DNA of 64,000 nucleotides from Felis catus. Its lineage: Eukaryota. Made by a program: the position numbers and the translations under genes. The stretch spans positions 234,796,001-234,860,000 of the forward strand of contig NC_058368.1 of the NCBI RefSeq assembly GCF_018350175.1, written 5' to 3'. Within the stretch, counting starts at the first letter, position 1, and the number at the start of each line of letters is the position of its first letter. Below the pieces are notes generated by a model. That model was not told where the DNA came from and ran no database searches. It worked only from the letters and a program-made list of their open reading frames with translations. Below, piece after piece: positions 12,380 to 25,372 of this stretch.

Positions 12380-13400
12380 GCAATGAGGTTGGAGTGAAAG
12401 CTGGCCTTTCCACGTAAACCGTCCAATCGTATTAAAAGCGACTCACATTTCCCTGCGCCCCTGGGAATACGTCACAAACGTGCCACCCCCCCCCCCCCGG
12501 CCCCGGGCAAGGCCGAGCCTCCTCTTTGTTGAGCTGAACCTACCTTTTACAAGCGTTAACAAGGGCAACCTGTAGGTCTCACCGGGGCCGTCCCTCTTGC
12601 CCAGAAATGGGCTGGGACATTCTCCCAATTCTATGATGCGCCTGTGTCTGAAGTCTCATTTTCACATTTAGAACGGAGAGAGACTCTTGAGATGATTGCG
12701 CACTTTTGCTCCGATTCTGCCGTTAAACCTACAGTGCGTGCGTCCTGGTGGCTTTCGATCGAAGAACTCTGCCCTGCCCAGAATGCCGCCCCCCCCCCCC
12801 CGAAGAGGGGCCCGGTGCCCCACGAGGCCGTGTGATTCTGAGCAGCTGCTCGTCATAACCATAAATGGGGTGGCTGCCGGGGAACCGGGCCCTGGGCTCC
12901 TGTACGCACTGGCTTCCTCTCTGCTCCTCTGTGACTTGGTGTCACTGAAGGGACCTGGGTCAGGGGAGCAGGGCTGGAGTCCCACCTCCGTGTGACCGTG
13001 GGGCCCTCACTCACCCTCTCTGGGCGCCGATCCCTCTGTCCCAGGCACCCGGCACTTTCTAGACAGGCTCTTTCCCTCGCCCCTCCTTGGACCCCACGGG
13101 AGGCTCTGCTCCTGACAGCGTCCACGGCGCACTTTGCTTCAGAAGGTCGGACGTTTGCGTGTGAGGAGACCCGACAGGGGAGGGATGCCAGAAAGTCCTC
13201 ATCACAGAGGCTTCCAGCTTCTCCGTGGGGGTGCATCTGGGCGGCTCGCGGGGCCCCCAGCCAGTGATTCAGAGGGGACCCCCTCAGGGAGAAAGGGCTC
13301 GCTTCCCCCGGGAGAGGCAGGTGAAAGATCATCATGGCACAAGGGATGGACCAGGAGGCTCGGGATTCTCAGGGTCGGGCCCCAGCAGGTGCAAAGACAG
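12380..13400. promoter_or_regulatory. GC/CpG-enriched unique region, candidate cis-regulatory element
   Basis: Visibly more CpG than the flanks; no recognised repeat; cacgta, tacgtca and aacgtg motifs at 12410-12482. Confidence 0.4.
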
Positions 13401-13595
13401 CGGCGCTCTGCCTGTGGTTACTGACACTCTGGGATATCAGTGTCACGAGAGCCAGAGGAACACGAGTGCTTTCCAGGTAATTATGGGCAGAGACTCGCTA
13501 ATCTCCTCATCTGTAATCTGAGGCAGGACAGACGGTTTCTGCCTTGCCGTTGTGATGCAGGCTCAGTGTATCTGGTGAGGCCACCAATCCAGGTG

Positions 13596-13810
13596 GGCAG
13601 GAGGGTTGGGGGTGGAAGGGTGGGGGTGGGGGGTGGGGATGTGGGAGTGGTGGGGGGCTCGGGGTGGGGTGGGTGGATGTGGAGGGGTTGGAGGTGGGGA
13701 TGTGGGGGGCTGGGGGGTTGGGGTGGGGAACTTGGAGGGTATAGCGGTGGGGTGCGTGGGGGTGGGGAGGTGGAGATTGGGGTTGGGGTGGGGAGGTGGG
13801 GGCAGGGCGG
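13596..13810 (+). repeat. G-run low-complexity tract (GGGGT-like), G-quadruplex potential
   Basis: Many consecutive G3-G6 runs with 1-4 nt spacers. Confidence 0.9.
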
Positions 13811-14102
13811 GACTGCCAGTCAGCACCGCCTCCTGCAGGCACCTGCTTGTCCGGAAGGACACCGGGGCCATGCCAACTAGTTGATGCAGGAAAAGGGAAT
13901 TCCAGGGGGCTTGAGGGTGGCAGGGGGCCGCCTGTGGGTCGTGCGGGCGCCTCGTGGCTGACCGTCTGGATTCCCTTCCGGAGCTGCTGCTGCCTCCATG
14001 TGGTCTCCGACATCACTCAGACTCTTGAACCCGTTGACTTTGCCCTTTGAACCTAATTCCCCGGGCACAGAGGTCTTGGTTTCTGAGGCAGAAGTGAAGT
14101 GA

Positions 14103-14270
14103 GGGGCACCTGGGTGGCTCAGCGGGTTAGGCTTCCGACTCTTGATCTTGGCTCAGGTTGTGATGTCACGGTTCGTGAGTTCAAGCCCCGCATCGGGCTC
14201 CGTGCTGACAGTGCAGAACCTGTTTGGGATTCTCTCTCTCAAAAATAAATACGTACATAAACTGAAATAA
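14103..14270 (+). mobile_element. Can-SINE with a shortened CT region
   Basis: ggggcacctgggtggctcagc...gggattctctctctcaaaaataaa; TSD aagtgaagtg on both sides. Confidence 0.92.
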
Positions 14271-14639
14271 AAAGTGAAGTGCAAAATGGGTCCTCTACTG
14301 ACTGAACATTCGAGGATTTGCACGAAGCCTCCTTATTTGGTGCACGACACGTTTTGGGCTCTGCTCTTGAGACTCGACGCTGGGTGTTGGTGCACACGGT
14401 GGAATCGCGCTTCCCTTGCACGGGATTTGAGGGCAGGCCCGGTTGGGTAGAGCGGGACAGGGCTGCCAGCCCGCTGGTCCCGGGACCCCTCAGCTGCTGC
14501 TTCACTGCCAGCAAGACGCCTCCTCGACCTGGGTCTCAAGCTCTGGTCCTGAAGGATGGATATGGAGGTAGCTCCAGTCACACACGATGGGGGTTCCAGG
14601 CACTTTGTACAGGGTCAGGACCGTACAATGATCGTGACT

Positions 14640-14870
14640 GGGGTGTATGTGTGCACGTGGGGAGGCGTGAGCTGCGTGAGCGTGTGCATGGGTGTTGTCG
14701 GTTGTGTGTCTGAGCGTGTGTGTGTCCGAGTGTGTGAGCATGAGTGTTTGTGCACGGGTGGGGGCAAACGCGTGCGGGTATGATGGTGTGACATGTGAGT
14801 GTGCACGGGTGTGTGGTGTGTTTGTGAGTGTGTGTCCACTGTGTTGTATGCAGTGCTGTTCCTGTGTTTG
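14640..14870. repeat. Degenerate (TG)-rich tract
   Basis: gtgtatgtgtgcacgtgg...gtgtgagcatgagtgtttgtgcac... Confidence 0.85.
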
Positions 14871-14935
14871 TCTGGGTGCCCCTTGATCATGATGTAATAG
14901 ACACATCGCCTGAATTTTATAAGAATGTGAGTTTT

Positions 14936-15176
14936 GGGGCGCCTGGGTGGCGCAGTCGGTTAAGCGTCCGACTTCAGCCAGGTCACGATCTCGCGGTCCG
15001 TGAGTTCGAGCCCCGCATCAGGCTCTGGGCTGATGGCTCGGAGCCTGGAGCCTGTTTCCGATTCTGTGTCTCCCTCTCTCTCTGCCCCTCCCCCGTTCAT
15101 GCTCTGTCTCTCTCTGTCCCAAAAATAAATAAACATTGAAAAAAAAAAAAAAATTAAAAAAAAAAAAAAAAAAAAA
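14936..15176 (+). mobile_element. Young Felis-type Can-SINE
   Basis: Near-consensus body, long A tail, perfect 15-bp TSD aagaatgtgagtttt (14921-14935 / 15177-15191). Confidence 0.97.
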
Positions 15177-16441
15177 AAGAATGTGAGTTTTGTTCCAGAA
15201 ATGAAATAAATGGGAAGGAAAGGCTCCATTGCCCAGCAAGCAAGGCACACGGGCCTCAAAGTGGGGGACCCCTTGCCGGCCACATCTGCCTCCAGGTCTT
15301 GGATACACGCTTCTCATCCAGCCGCCTCCTCCTCCAACGAATAAATGACCCTACCTTTCCCAGGTGGAACAGGGAGTGTGGCCCAGGGCGTACCCTCACA
15401 TCGCCCCAGATTCTTCTCGAGGTCCCTCATTGACACAATTCAAGGTACTGGGTGGATCCAAGTTTCTGCTTCCTTCACCAAATTGGATTCAATGTTTAGG
15501 TAGAGATGGCCAGACTCGATGGGACAGAGGATGTCCTGGAACTTTCCCTGCATGAGGTAATGGCAACAGCTAGTCGAGTCACTGCATTCTTCCCGAAGCG
15601 TGGTCTTGAGGGTGGCTCGAAGGGTCCCAGCACCGAGCAGAGCCAAGGAGACTTTCTGTTCTGAGTTCTGGAAGCTGGGACGCAGGATCACCGAGGGAAG
15701 CAGCAAGGTGGGTTCCATCCCCAAGAGAAAGTGCACATTTCCTCCCCCTCAGGCTGGGGTTTGGGATTGGAGCCCTGAACAAACAAGAAGAAATGGGTTT
15801 TCTTTAAGAAACGGGCCAAAAATACAGATAATTTGGGAGGAGAGAGACAGTTCAAGGTTTGTTTTGCATGTTCTCGAAGCGGCTTTTACACCACATTTAT
15901 TTCGAAATAGGAAGATCTCCAATCAGTAGGAAACAGTGGTACATTACTTACATTTAAAATATGTGAGGGCAAGAATTTTTGAAAAGACTTACGAATAGAC
16001 TTTAGTTTACAAACAGAATGTCTGTTTTTTGTTTGGTTTTGCTTAACATCACACATTTTTAGTGTTAAATGCTTTTACTGAAAATGATCTCAAAGGATTT
16101 ATTTAATGAGGATGCTCTGTTTTGCTTGAGTGGATGGTTAGGGCACAAATCTAGAGTCCTTTTTTCTTGACATTGTGGACTGTTTTTTGTGAGATGTGGA
16201 TTTCTCCCCAGAGCCTGATGTGTTTAATTAATGAAGATGGTTGTGAACCAAATAAAGGAGGGTAAACTCTTTCCTGAAAAGCACACGAGGTCAGCCACAC
16301 TGATGTAGGCAGGAAAGGGGCCTTGGGCTCCCTTGAGAATTCAAACACCTGTCTCCGAATTAAAAAACAAAACAGAAAAGAACACTAGAGTCTACATCCT
16401 AGGTGACTGAAATGTCTACTCCCCTTAAAACATCCCATCAT

Positions 16442-16672
16442 GGGGCACCTGGGTGGCTCAGTCAGTTAAGCGTCCGACTCTTGAATTCAGCTCAGGACAT
16501 GATCTTGCGGTTGGTGAGTTTGAGCCTCGCGCTGGGCTCTGCACTGACAATGCGGAGCTTCCTTGGGATTTTCTAACTCTCTCTGTCTCTCCCCTGCTCT
16601 CACTCTCTCTTCCCCCGCTCAAAATAAATACACTTGAAAAATAAAATTAAAATACAAAGAAACAAACGAGCA
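16442..16672 (+). mobile_element. Can-SINE
   Basis: ggggcacctgggtggctcagtcagttaagcgtcc...; TSD aaaa(c)catcccatcat on both sides. Confidence 0.95.
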
Positions 16673-19239
16673 AAAACCATCCCATCATGCTTGAGGATCA
16701 TTATGGTAACACAAATCTGGTCTCGTCATGTTACTTTTCCTAAGCATCCTATCGATGGAACAGTCAATAATAAAAATGGATACAACATATGAACGCGGTG
16801 TGCGTTAGTTTGCCTAGATGTAACTGACTGCTCTGTGATTACTGACACCAGGCTATTTTGCCGAAGCCGATTTGATGAACAGAAATTCTCACGAAAGCAT
16901 CTAGCCCTTGAGGGGCAAGCGGAAGCCGAGAGGCAAGTCCCACCTACTTACAGAACATGGCTTTGTGTGTTTTGTTTTCTGTGAAGTTCAGCAGCAAACG
17001 GTTTAATCCTAAAGCAGAAGCTTCCAGCCAGCTTCAGCGACCGGGAAATTCCATCTTTCACATTTGAAAGGAGTAGCGCACGTTAGGAGCCTCGGAGAGA
17101 ACAGCATACGGGACGCGTGACTCAAGCGCGCCTTATCTCCACAACACCCCGAGTTCATCTTGTACGATTCTAGAGCCAAATCCCTTCCCTCCCCTCTGGG
17201 TCAGGCACCAGCCACATCAAAGGTGTTTCCCAGCCTAAATAAGTGAAGGCCTTCTGGAAGGCCCGCAGAGAAACACAGGCTGCTCTGAATTTCAAGAGTG
17301 GGAACAGACCTCCATGAATTAATGTTACCTCTTTGTTGCAGTGTGTGTGCAGGGCGCTAACATGCAGACGCGCATCTGACATCTTAACGAGTCTGGAAAG
17401 AGAGGCATTCCCTGCGTGTCAGGTGTCGGTGTTCATGTGCCCTGTTCTCTTGCAAATCGTGAGGTCATTCAGATTTTTTGGAAATAGTTGGTTCTTGCTT
17501 GTTAAATTCAGAAAATTGAAAAAAAGACAACCTCAAACGAATGTGCCTGACGCATTTCGATTCCAAACGGGCCTAGGATCGTCGCTCCGGTTGTCTTTCC
17601 TTCTGGACGATCCCGGCAAAGCCGGAGCTGGTGGTCCAGCTCTTTCTTTATGTAGAGGCGATCGGTTTTGTGGCCTTCCCTGTCCTGGCCAGGGCCCCAC
17701 TCCACAGATCCCCCCCTTGGGGCCATGGCCTCGAGTCCCTTGGGAAGGCGGCATATGCAGAGTCCCTAGTGGATTGCTGAGCACCTGGGCTGAGGAGAGG
17801 AGGGTCCTCGGACACACGCAGGGCCCCTGTTCCCGCCAGCTGTACTTGGCCTCCCCCACCTCTCCAGCCTCACCCACTCTGGACAGAGAATAACCAGAGG
17901 AGGGAGGAGTCAGCATGCCCCCACATGTTTTGTCCCTCACAAAGAAGCCAGATTCCACTGAAAACTGTCCAGAGGACAGGATGCACCTTCATCTGCCCCA
18001 ACTTCCAGGATGGAGATTGTCTCCAACTGGCAAACTCAAGTTTGCTTCCAAAGTGAGCGGACCCCCGCCTTCCCCGAGCCATCTTTCCTGCCTTGCATGC
18101 CAAGCGTTTGCTAATCCCGGACAGCCCTTCTCGGTGACATGGATGAGGGCTGTCCTCATGACATGACACACGAGGGGCTTCTTCCTAGCTCCCTCGTCCA
18201 TTTACGAAATCATTGTTGGGGGCAATGAGGGGGGAGTTAGGGATGGGGTGTTTGGAGCCACGAAGGGCCCCTTCCAGAGGCCCGGGAGGGTGGGGCCATG
18301 TGTGGCTGCCGAGGAGGAAGGACAGTGAACCCCTCTCCAGCTTCCCCCCCAGGTGACACACACACGTTTGCTGGGCACCAGCAGGGTGACACTAGTGTGG
18401 ACTCACTGGCCCCCCAGCAGATACGCCCCTCGTTAGCGCCTGGTAGAGAAAATAGCGGGAGACGTGGCGCTGCTTTCCTCTGCACTCTTGTCAGCAGCCT
18501 GCACTCTGTTCTGACTTCTGCACCTTGCAAAGCCTCAGCTTGTCCTCGGGGGAGGGTCCTTATGCCAACCACACCGGCATCGCATCCCGACAGCACAGGC
18601 CAGGCCACGGCTGGGGGCCCTGGCTGTGGAGCAAGCTGCTCGATTCAGCATCGGCCCATCGGGGGCAAGCTGTTTTCCCCTTCCTTTTTAAGACGTAAAT
18701 TACTCTTCTCTAATTCAGTGAACTTCTAAAAGTGATACAGAGCAAATAACTGCAGCGAAAGCCGCGCAACTCTGCGGTGCTCCCGAGGGCTCACTGTGCC
18801 GTTTCCACATCAGGAAAGACATCCTGGATGGTCGAGGAGAGCCCAGCTTTACCTAAAGTAGCGAATACTGCGTCACATCACTTAAGAGGTGGTAGAATTA
18901 ATTCTTCAGAAGGAAAATCTCTCCAAATTACCCTTTCATACCAACGAGGTAGGCTTCCACTCTGCAAAAGGTAGAAACAGAAGGAGGAGGGAAAATGTCA
19001 GAAGAGCGGAAGGTGAGCACCCCCCCCCCCCACACACACACACACACACTCCAAGGGAGTCCAGTAGGTAGCTCAGTTTCTGCTGGAGGAAAAATCCAGA
19101 AACTCAAAGCAGCATCAGAGGCCTGAGGTCTGCAGAGGAGCTCGCCCCAGACTGAAGATGAGGAGGAAACAGAACAAGAAAGAGCACAGACCTTCGGCGC
19201 TTTATTCCGAGAACGAGAAAAGCAGCCCCATGCACCTGA

Positions 19240-19743
19240 CGTGACCTGATTGCCCAACCAGCCTGGGTGTTCCCTGCTGGATATGGATCTTCCAGAATGG
19301 CAGGATTAAAGAGGGCTGCTTTGTGACCACAATGGTGTCGGAACTAACAAGACCACTGCATAAGCACATCTGCGCACAGACACCAATGTGACCACTGTCC
19401 AACCATGGAGGTGGCCACAGAGCCCAGCCCGGGCTGATAGGTGTGGCTGAGGTTAAACAATTACAGGGTTAGCTGCGCTGTATCCCTTTTACCATCCATA
19501 TAAGCTTTATTAAGGTGCCCTTTGTAGAATTACTTCATCCTGGCAGCATCCAATCCAGAACCAAGTCCAACTTTCGTGAAACTTCCCCAGAATCACCCAA
19601 CAAACGCTCAAATCCTGTAAGTTCTTTCTAATCCCCTTTCTGAGAAACCCTCCAGTTCCCCATGGTGTGCGTTCTCCCTCGTCACAAGTCCACAAACCCA
19701 ACTCTGCTCATTCCTGGCGAGTTTTGGCTGGAGAGCTCTCACA
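19240..19743 (+). mobile_element. ERV-type solo LTR remnant (MER89/MER90-group-like; family uncertain)
   Basis: ctgctttgtgaccac...aacaagaccactgcataa...gcatccaatccaga...gttccccatggtgtgcgttctccctcg...aaacccaact...tttggctggagagctctcaca ending in CA. Confidence 0.6.
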
Positions 19744-20053
19744 ATCCATTTAACAAATATTCGCGTGAGCATTCGTTGCACGTCACACGTCGTGTCCAGC
19801 GCCCCATCTTGTCCAGACACGGTCCCATCATTGGTGGCTTGTGGTCTATTGGAAAGCATCAGCAAAGGGGAAAAGTGGAGGGGTAGAAGAGGCAGCAACA
19901 TGGGAAACAGACCTGGTCTGTCAGAGCTCTCAGAGACAGTGATGCCATTTCTGAAACTTACGCATGGGTACATGTGAGCTCGACAAGTAGTGCGGGGAGT
20001 GGTTCCCCAACAGGTGGGCCACCGATGGTCAGAGCCTCAAAATAAGATGTCGG

Positions 20054-20276
20054 GGGGCGCCTGGGTGGCACAGTCGGTTAAGCGTCCGACTTCAGCCAGG
20101 TCACGATCTCGCGGTCCGTGAGTTCGAGCCCCGCGTCGGGCTCTGGGCTGATGGCTCAGAGCCTGGAGCCTGTTTCCGATTCTGTGTCTCCCTCTCTCTC
20201 TGCCCCTCCCCCGTTCATGCTCTGTCTCTCTCTGTCCCAAAAAATAAATAAACGTTGCAAAAAAAAATTAAAAAAA
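20054..20276 (+). mobile_element. Young Felis-type Can-SINE
   Basis: Near-consensus; perfect TSD aaaataagatgtcgg (20039-20053 / 20277-20291). Confidence 0.97.
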
Positions 20277-20769
20277 AAAATAAGATGTCGGTCGGAGGTC
20301 GTACGTGAATATTGTACAGCTGGGTGTTAGAGGGTGAACACAAAAGCCCACGGAGCAAGAGCTGCCATGAAAACCACTGTCCCCGTGAGGCGCTTCGCCT
20401 GGCACCATTGTAACTGATTTGTAGCCCAAAGACCCAATCATTTCTCCAAAGCAGATTTTCCCCAAGCTTGACTTCCTGGAACGGTCGGTCAAGTGTGATT
20501 GATCACCATCAATTGTTGATGTGCTAGCTCATTACCATTGTGCTAGGCTCTTCCGGGGAATCCAGAAAAATCTGTGTACCTACAGGCAGTTTAAATGTCT
20601 CATCCAGTGGCATTATTCTCTCACTCACCGTCTGATTCCTTATCACCTTCTCAGGATCCACGTTTTTTTGTTTTTAATAACATACTTTCAAAAAATAAAG
20701 GACTGCTCAAATGTCTTCCCATTTTTCTTTCATTCTAAGAATAGCAAATGTGGACCGTGTTTCCTATGT

Positions 20770-20950
20770 GACAGACGTTGCCATAAACTCATTAATCCTC
20801 AAAGCAACCTAGGAAGTAGGTGTTACTATGTCCCCATTTTATAGGTGAGAAAACAGAGGCAAATGGAGGTCAAATAACTTACACAAGGTCACACTCTTGT
20901 GGCAAAGCAGGGACTTGCACTGGGCAGTGTAGCTACAGAAGTCATGCTGC
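20770..20950 (-). mobile_element. MIR SINE
   Basis: ctcattaatcctcaaagcaacctaggaagtaggtgttactatgtccccattttataggtgagaaaacagaggc...aacttacacaaggtcacac is the MIR core. Confidence 0.88.
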
Positions 20951-23339
20951 TGACACTAGTAACACCTGACACTTTATTTCACATCATCTGAACACACACA
21001 AGTTCAAGGATGTTGAGGTAATGGTGTGAATCATGGCATGATGGCCCCATCATCATGACTCACACCTGCGAGACCTCTGGAAATGCCATCCATCTAGTTG
21101 GCTTTCGGATGGCCCTGGACAACCAGTCCAGGTTGAAGTGTTACAAACAACATCACGGTGTCATGCTTGGTTGATGAAGTCCTCCTCTCCATCCTTAATC
21201 GAGGGCTGTAAGGGGGCAAGATTCCTGAGGCTCCTCCCCTCTGAGGCGGGTTGATCCTCCCCCACTCCGCCTCCATCTGCATACAGGAGAAGCATGGTGG
21301 AGAAAATTCACCTCACCCTAATTCCCAGAACGCTCAAAAACCTAGTACAAGAGATTTCTGTTTGAGTCAAAATGCTCTAGGTACCAACACGTTCTTTGTA
21401 CCAAATAATAGACCCGTTGCTTTTGAGTTTCCCTTCTGATGCTGAATTTATTTTTTTCTGAATGCTGGACCTGAAGCCCATTACTAAGAAGTCAGCTTTC
21501 ACCCATGTCCCTTGTGGAAACTCTGGTTTACAAAGTATATGATAAATGGTAAGAAAAGGAGGAGAAATGAATGGTTGAAACAGGTGCACACGTGATCAAA
21601 CGTGAATTTCACAGAATGCACTGAGTAAGAGAGTAAGATACTATGCCACCAAATGGAACCACTAATCTGCTGGAGACACTGGTCAGCTCTTGGCATCAGG
21701 CTCCAAAACCAATCCCAGCCCTAAACATGCCATATTAACAAAGGAATTTCATCCGCTGTATTTTCGACTTGAGCCTGACTTCCCAAGTTTCCGAGAGAAT
21801 TATTAGGAAAACAGTTTGATAGCAAACACTTTAGGTGCAACTTCTGCACTGAGGAAAAAAAAAATCTAAGCCAATTCAAAGGTGTAAAAATATCAGTCCA
21901 CGAAATACAGGGTTTTATTAATTCAGTGGCATAATGTAAAGTTTGCCTAACACATCGTATACATGTGAAAAGCAATGAGGGGGGGGAGACTCATTTCAAG
22001 AAGCCGCTGAGGGTCGGGACCGTTTCTTGTGTCTCAGACATCGGATGTACCTGACACCTCCCTGGCCAGTACCTGCTTCTGGTCCCGAGAGCACAATTCT
22101 TCTTTTTCATTTGTTAGAACTGTTCTTTATGAGTTGTACTCGACATCACGAAACAGGAGACTGGAACATATTTGTACCTCCCTTCCCTTTTTCTGCAGCT
22201 TTACAACAAACAGTGTGGCCAGCGCCTCCTGGCCCTGAATGCAGGTGGAGAGTCTTTCGTTTTTTCCCTCCTGTTTATGGGCAGGATGGTGACAAGACAC
22301 CAGATCTTCTCCCGAAGCATCCCTGCTCCAGGCCTCTGGATATCCCAAAGCCCAATCTGATGACGTGCCTCTAAACATGAAAATCTTTCCAGGATAAGAT
22401 CCAGCCTCTTCAGCGAGGGCCCCCCCTTCTTCACGACCAGCTCCCCCGGCCGCTGGGGGCCTCCTCTCTCCCTGACCCTCTTGGAAGCTTCACCTCAGAA
22501 CCAGCTCTGTTCTCTTCATCTTCAAAGTACAGCTCACTACACATCTTCCACATGCCTCCCCGACCCACCCTCCTGGCCAGGTGCCTGTATATAGCTTGCT
22601 TCCTTTCGGGGCCTTCTTCCCCGGTGTAGCTGTTGGTTTTCTTCTGTGGCCCTTCCTAGACCTGGAGAGTCAGAAAAGCACAGCCGATGCCCCGTATGTC
22701 TGCAGCTCCCTTCCCTGCAGCAAGCTCCTTCCCTGAGCTTGGCACGCACTGGGTGATCAGCAAGGCAGACCTGTGGGCAGTGGAACAGAGCAAGTCACCA
22801 GCAAGGGACTGGTGACAGAAGACAGAGTGGCTTTGTGTTGTACGTGCCTTCAGAGACAGAGGGGGGGGCCCTTGCAGACATGTGAGTGGGAGCCTGGGGG
22901 AGTGTTCCTGCCCTCCATTAGCCCACGTTGCACTGCCCACGACCGGGAGGGCTCCCCACAAATGTCCTTCCTTGGTCCTCCTGTACCTTTCTCTTCAACT
23001 CCCTGCCCTTCTCTCTTCCAGGGGCCCGAAGCATTCAGGGAGGTTGGCTGGGAATTGAGGGGAGGTTTAGAAAGACACACCAAGGAGGCACGTGACTGTT
23101 CTTCCCAGACTGGCATTTCGCGGACGCTGGCCCCAGGAGGCTGTGGGCAGAGGTGGCACCATGGGATTCGATCATGTCCAGGAAGAGTCCGCCCTGGCTG
23201 TCCATCCCAAAGGGCCGAGCAGAGCTGCAGAACTCAGGAGTCTCAGGAGCCCCTGGACCAGAGAGACCCAGCCAGAGTGGAAGGAAAGAGACCCCCGCAG
23301 TCCAGGTAAGCTGAAGGCTGTGTCTGTGGCTCCAGCCTT

Positions 23340-23770
23340 GGAGAGGGCCTTAATTTATTAGGAAACATTTACCCACACCTTCCACGTGCCGTAGTCCAGG
23401 GGCGTGGGAAACATCAGTGAATGAATCAGACAAAGGTCCCTGTCTTCTGGGACCTTACGCCCCAGCAGAGAAACACAGACAAGTAAAGGAGACACAATAA
23501 GTGAAAAAATTAGTCTGTATTAAATTTTTTTTTACATTTATTTATTTTTGAGAGACAGAGCACAAGTGGGGGAGGGGCAGAGAGAGACGGAGTCACAGAA
23601 TCTGAAGCAGGCTCCAGGCTCCGAGCTGTCAGCACAGAGCCCGACGCGGGGCTCGAACTCACGAACTTCGAGATCATGACCTGAGCCGAAGTCGGACGCT
23701 TAACCGACTGAGCCACCCAGGCGTCCCCAAAATGAATCTGTATTTTAGAAGATGATCAGTCCTATGGAAA
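23340..23770 (-). mobile_element. L2 3' remnant split by a SINE
   Basis: atttattaggaaacatttaccc...cagtgaatgaatcagacaaaggtccctgtcttctgggaccttac. Confidence 0.65.
23521..23728 (-). mobile_element. Can-SINE
   Basis: Complete reverse SINE; flanks share tctgtattt. Confidence 0.95.
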
Positions 23771-25188
23771 AAGACAGAAATACAGCAGAATCAAAGGGGA
23801 GCTGGTGCTTGGTACATAGGCAACTCAATGAGTACTCCCCGAGGAACGAATGAATGAATGAATGAATGAACCAATGCCCATGGGCTCGTCAAAGTTGCCT
23901 GACATTAAATGCACTGTCCTTACAAGCTTCTGCCTTTATCTACCTTTATTTGTGTCTCCAATGCCCAGGACAGAAGGGATTTAGTAAACGTCAGACAGAT
24001 AGATTGGACTTGTGCTGTAGGCCCCAGAGGAGGGTTGTTTCATATTCTCAAGTGGACAATGAAGTCTAGACTCCGTCTGGAATTCTAAGTGTCCCCGGGG
24101 TCTGTCCTGATCAATTCAGGAGCCCCCGTGCCCCTAGCAGCTTGACGATAAAACACGGCCAGGCCACTACTGGGCACTTTGGATCACCCTCTTATTAACC
24201 CATTCCTTCCACCAATATTTATCATCTCCTTTGGGATTTCAGGCTAGCTCAAGCCCGTCTCTGCATGTATTTTGTCCTTGAAAAAGAATAAGGAAGGGGC
24301 TTTTCCAAGTGGTTCCAGTGATGGTTGGGTACAGGCAGAGGAAGTGGAGATAAATCCTTGCGATCCTACCCGGGGGACAAATTCGTAGCAGGATTAAGAA
24401 GAGATCATAGATGTCCTTCGAAAAATGAGGTGTAGATAAGTGTGGGAGATGATTATCTATGACTCCTTGCCGAACTCTCGAGGGCTCCCGAACTGCCTTT
24501 GCCTGGTTAGCTCTGCCTCTTAGCTGTTGCTGCAGGAGCCAGAGGATCTGGTACGTGGCTGTTGTTTCTCACGACAGGGTGTGGCTCAGATTGGTTTGCC
24601 CGAGGTCCCCAGACAGCTGGTGACAAGGACAGGCTTGGAACCCACAGTGCTGAGGGTAGACGAGGCCCCCAGAGAAGGTCCCACTGGAGACTGGAGAGCA
24701 GGCAGAGGGAACAGGCCTCAGTTTAGGGAGAAGGGGACAGATGGGGACCCCGCAAGTTGCCAGGGACTCCGAGTCCTGCATGCAGGATGCAGCGGAGAGC
24801 CCGCGGTGGGAGCTTGGGGTGGGGGCCGTGCCTGGCTGGGGGCCGGGCCCCAGTGGAGCTGACCCCCCCCCCTTGCTGAGGTCCTGGGGTCCAGCTGCCT
24901 GGCAGGTGAAACACCGGCCACTGAGATTCCCCTGACTCCTCTGAAAGTTCCAAGGGGAAGTCAAAGAAAGGATCCCTTGTGCCATTTACATTAAATGGGA
25001 AAGGGCTGCTTCTGACATCTTTCCACTGTCACCTATACACGTGTGTATGTGCAGAGATGTGCGTATATGATATACATACATATATAATACGTGATCCCTG
25101 TCTTACAAAAAAATCCAGTCTCCTGTAGGCTGTAAAGTTAAAACTGCTCTTTGTCCCCACTCCTTGGGCCCGGAGGAAAACCCTCCTA

Positions 25189-25372
25189 GGGGCGCCTGGC
25201 TGGCTCAGTCAGTTAAGTGTCTGATTTTGGCTCAAGTCATGATCTCACGGTTCATGGGTGCAAGCCCTGCATCAGGTTCTCTGCTGTGAGCGTGGAGCCT
25301 GCTTTGGATTCTCTGTCTCCCTCTCTCTGACTCTCCCTCTCAAAAATAAATGAACATTAAAAAAAAGAAGAA
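25189..25372 (+). mobile_element. Can-SINE
   Basis: ggggcgcctggctggctcagtcagttaag...ctcaaaaataaatgaacattaaaa. Confidence 0.93.

Noticed and set aside
13440..14016. Gly-rich and Pro-rich ORFs
   Set aside because: Translation of the G-run tract
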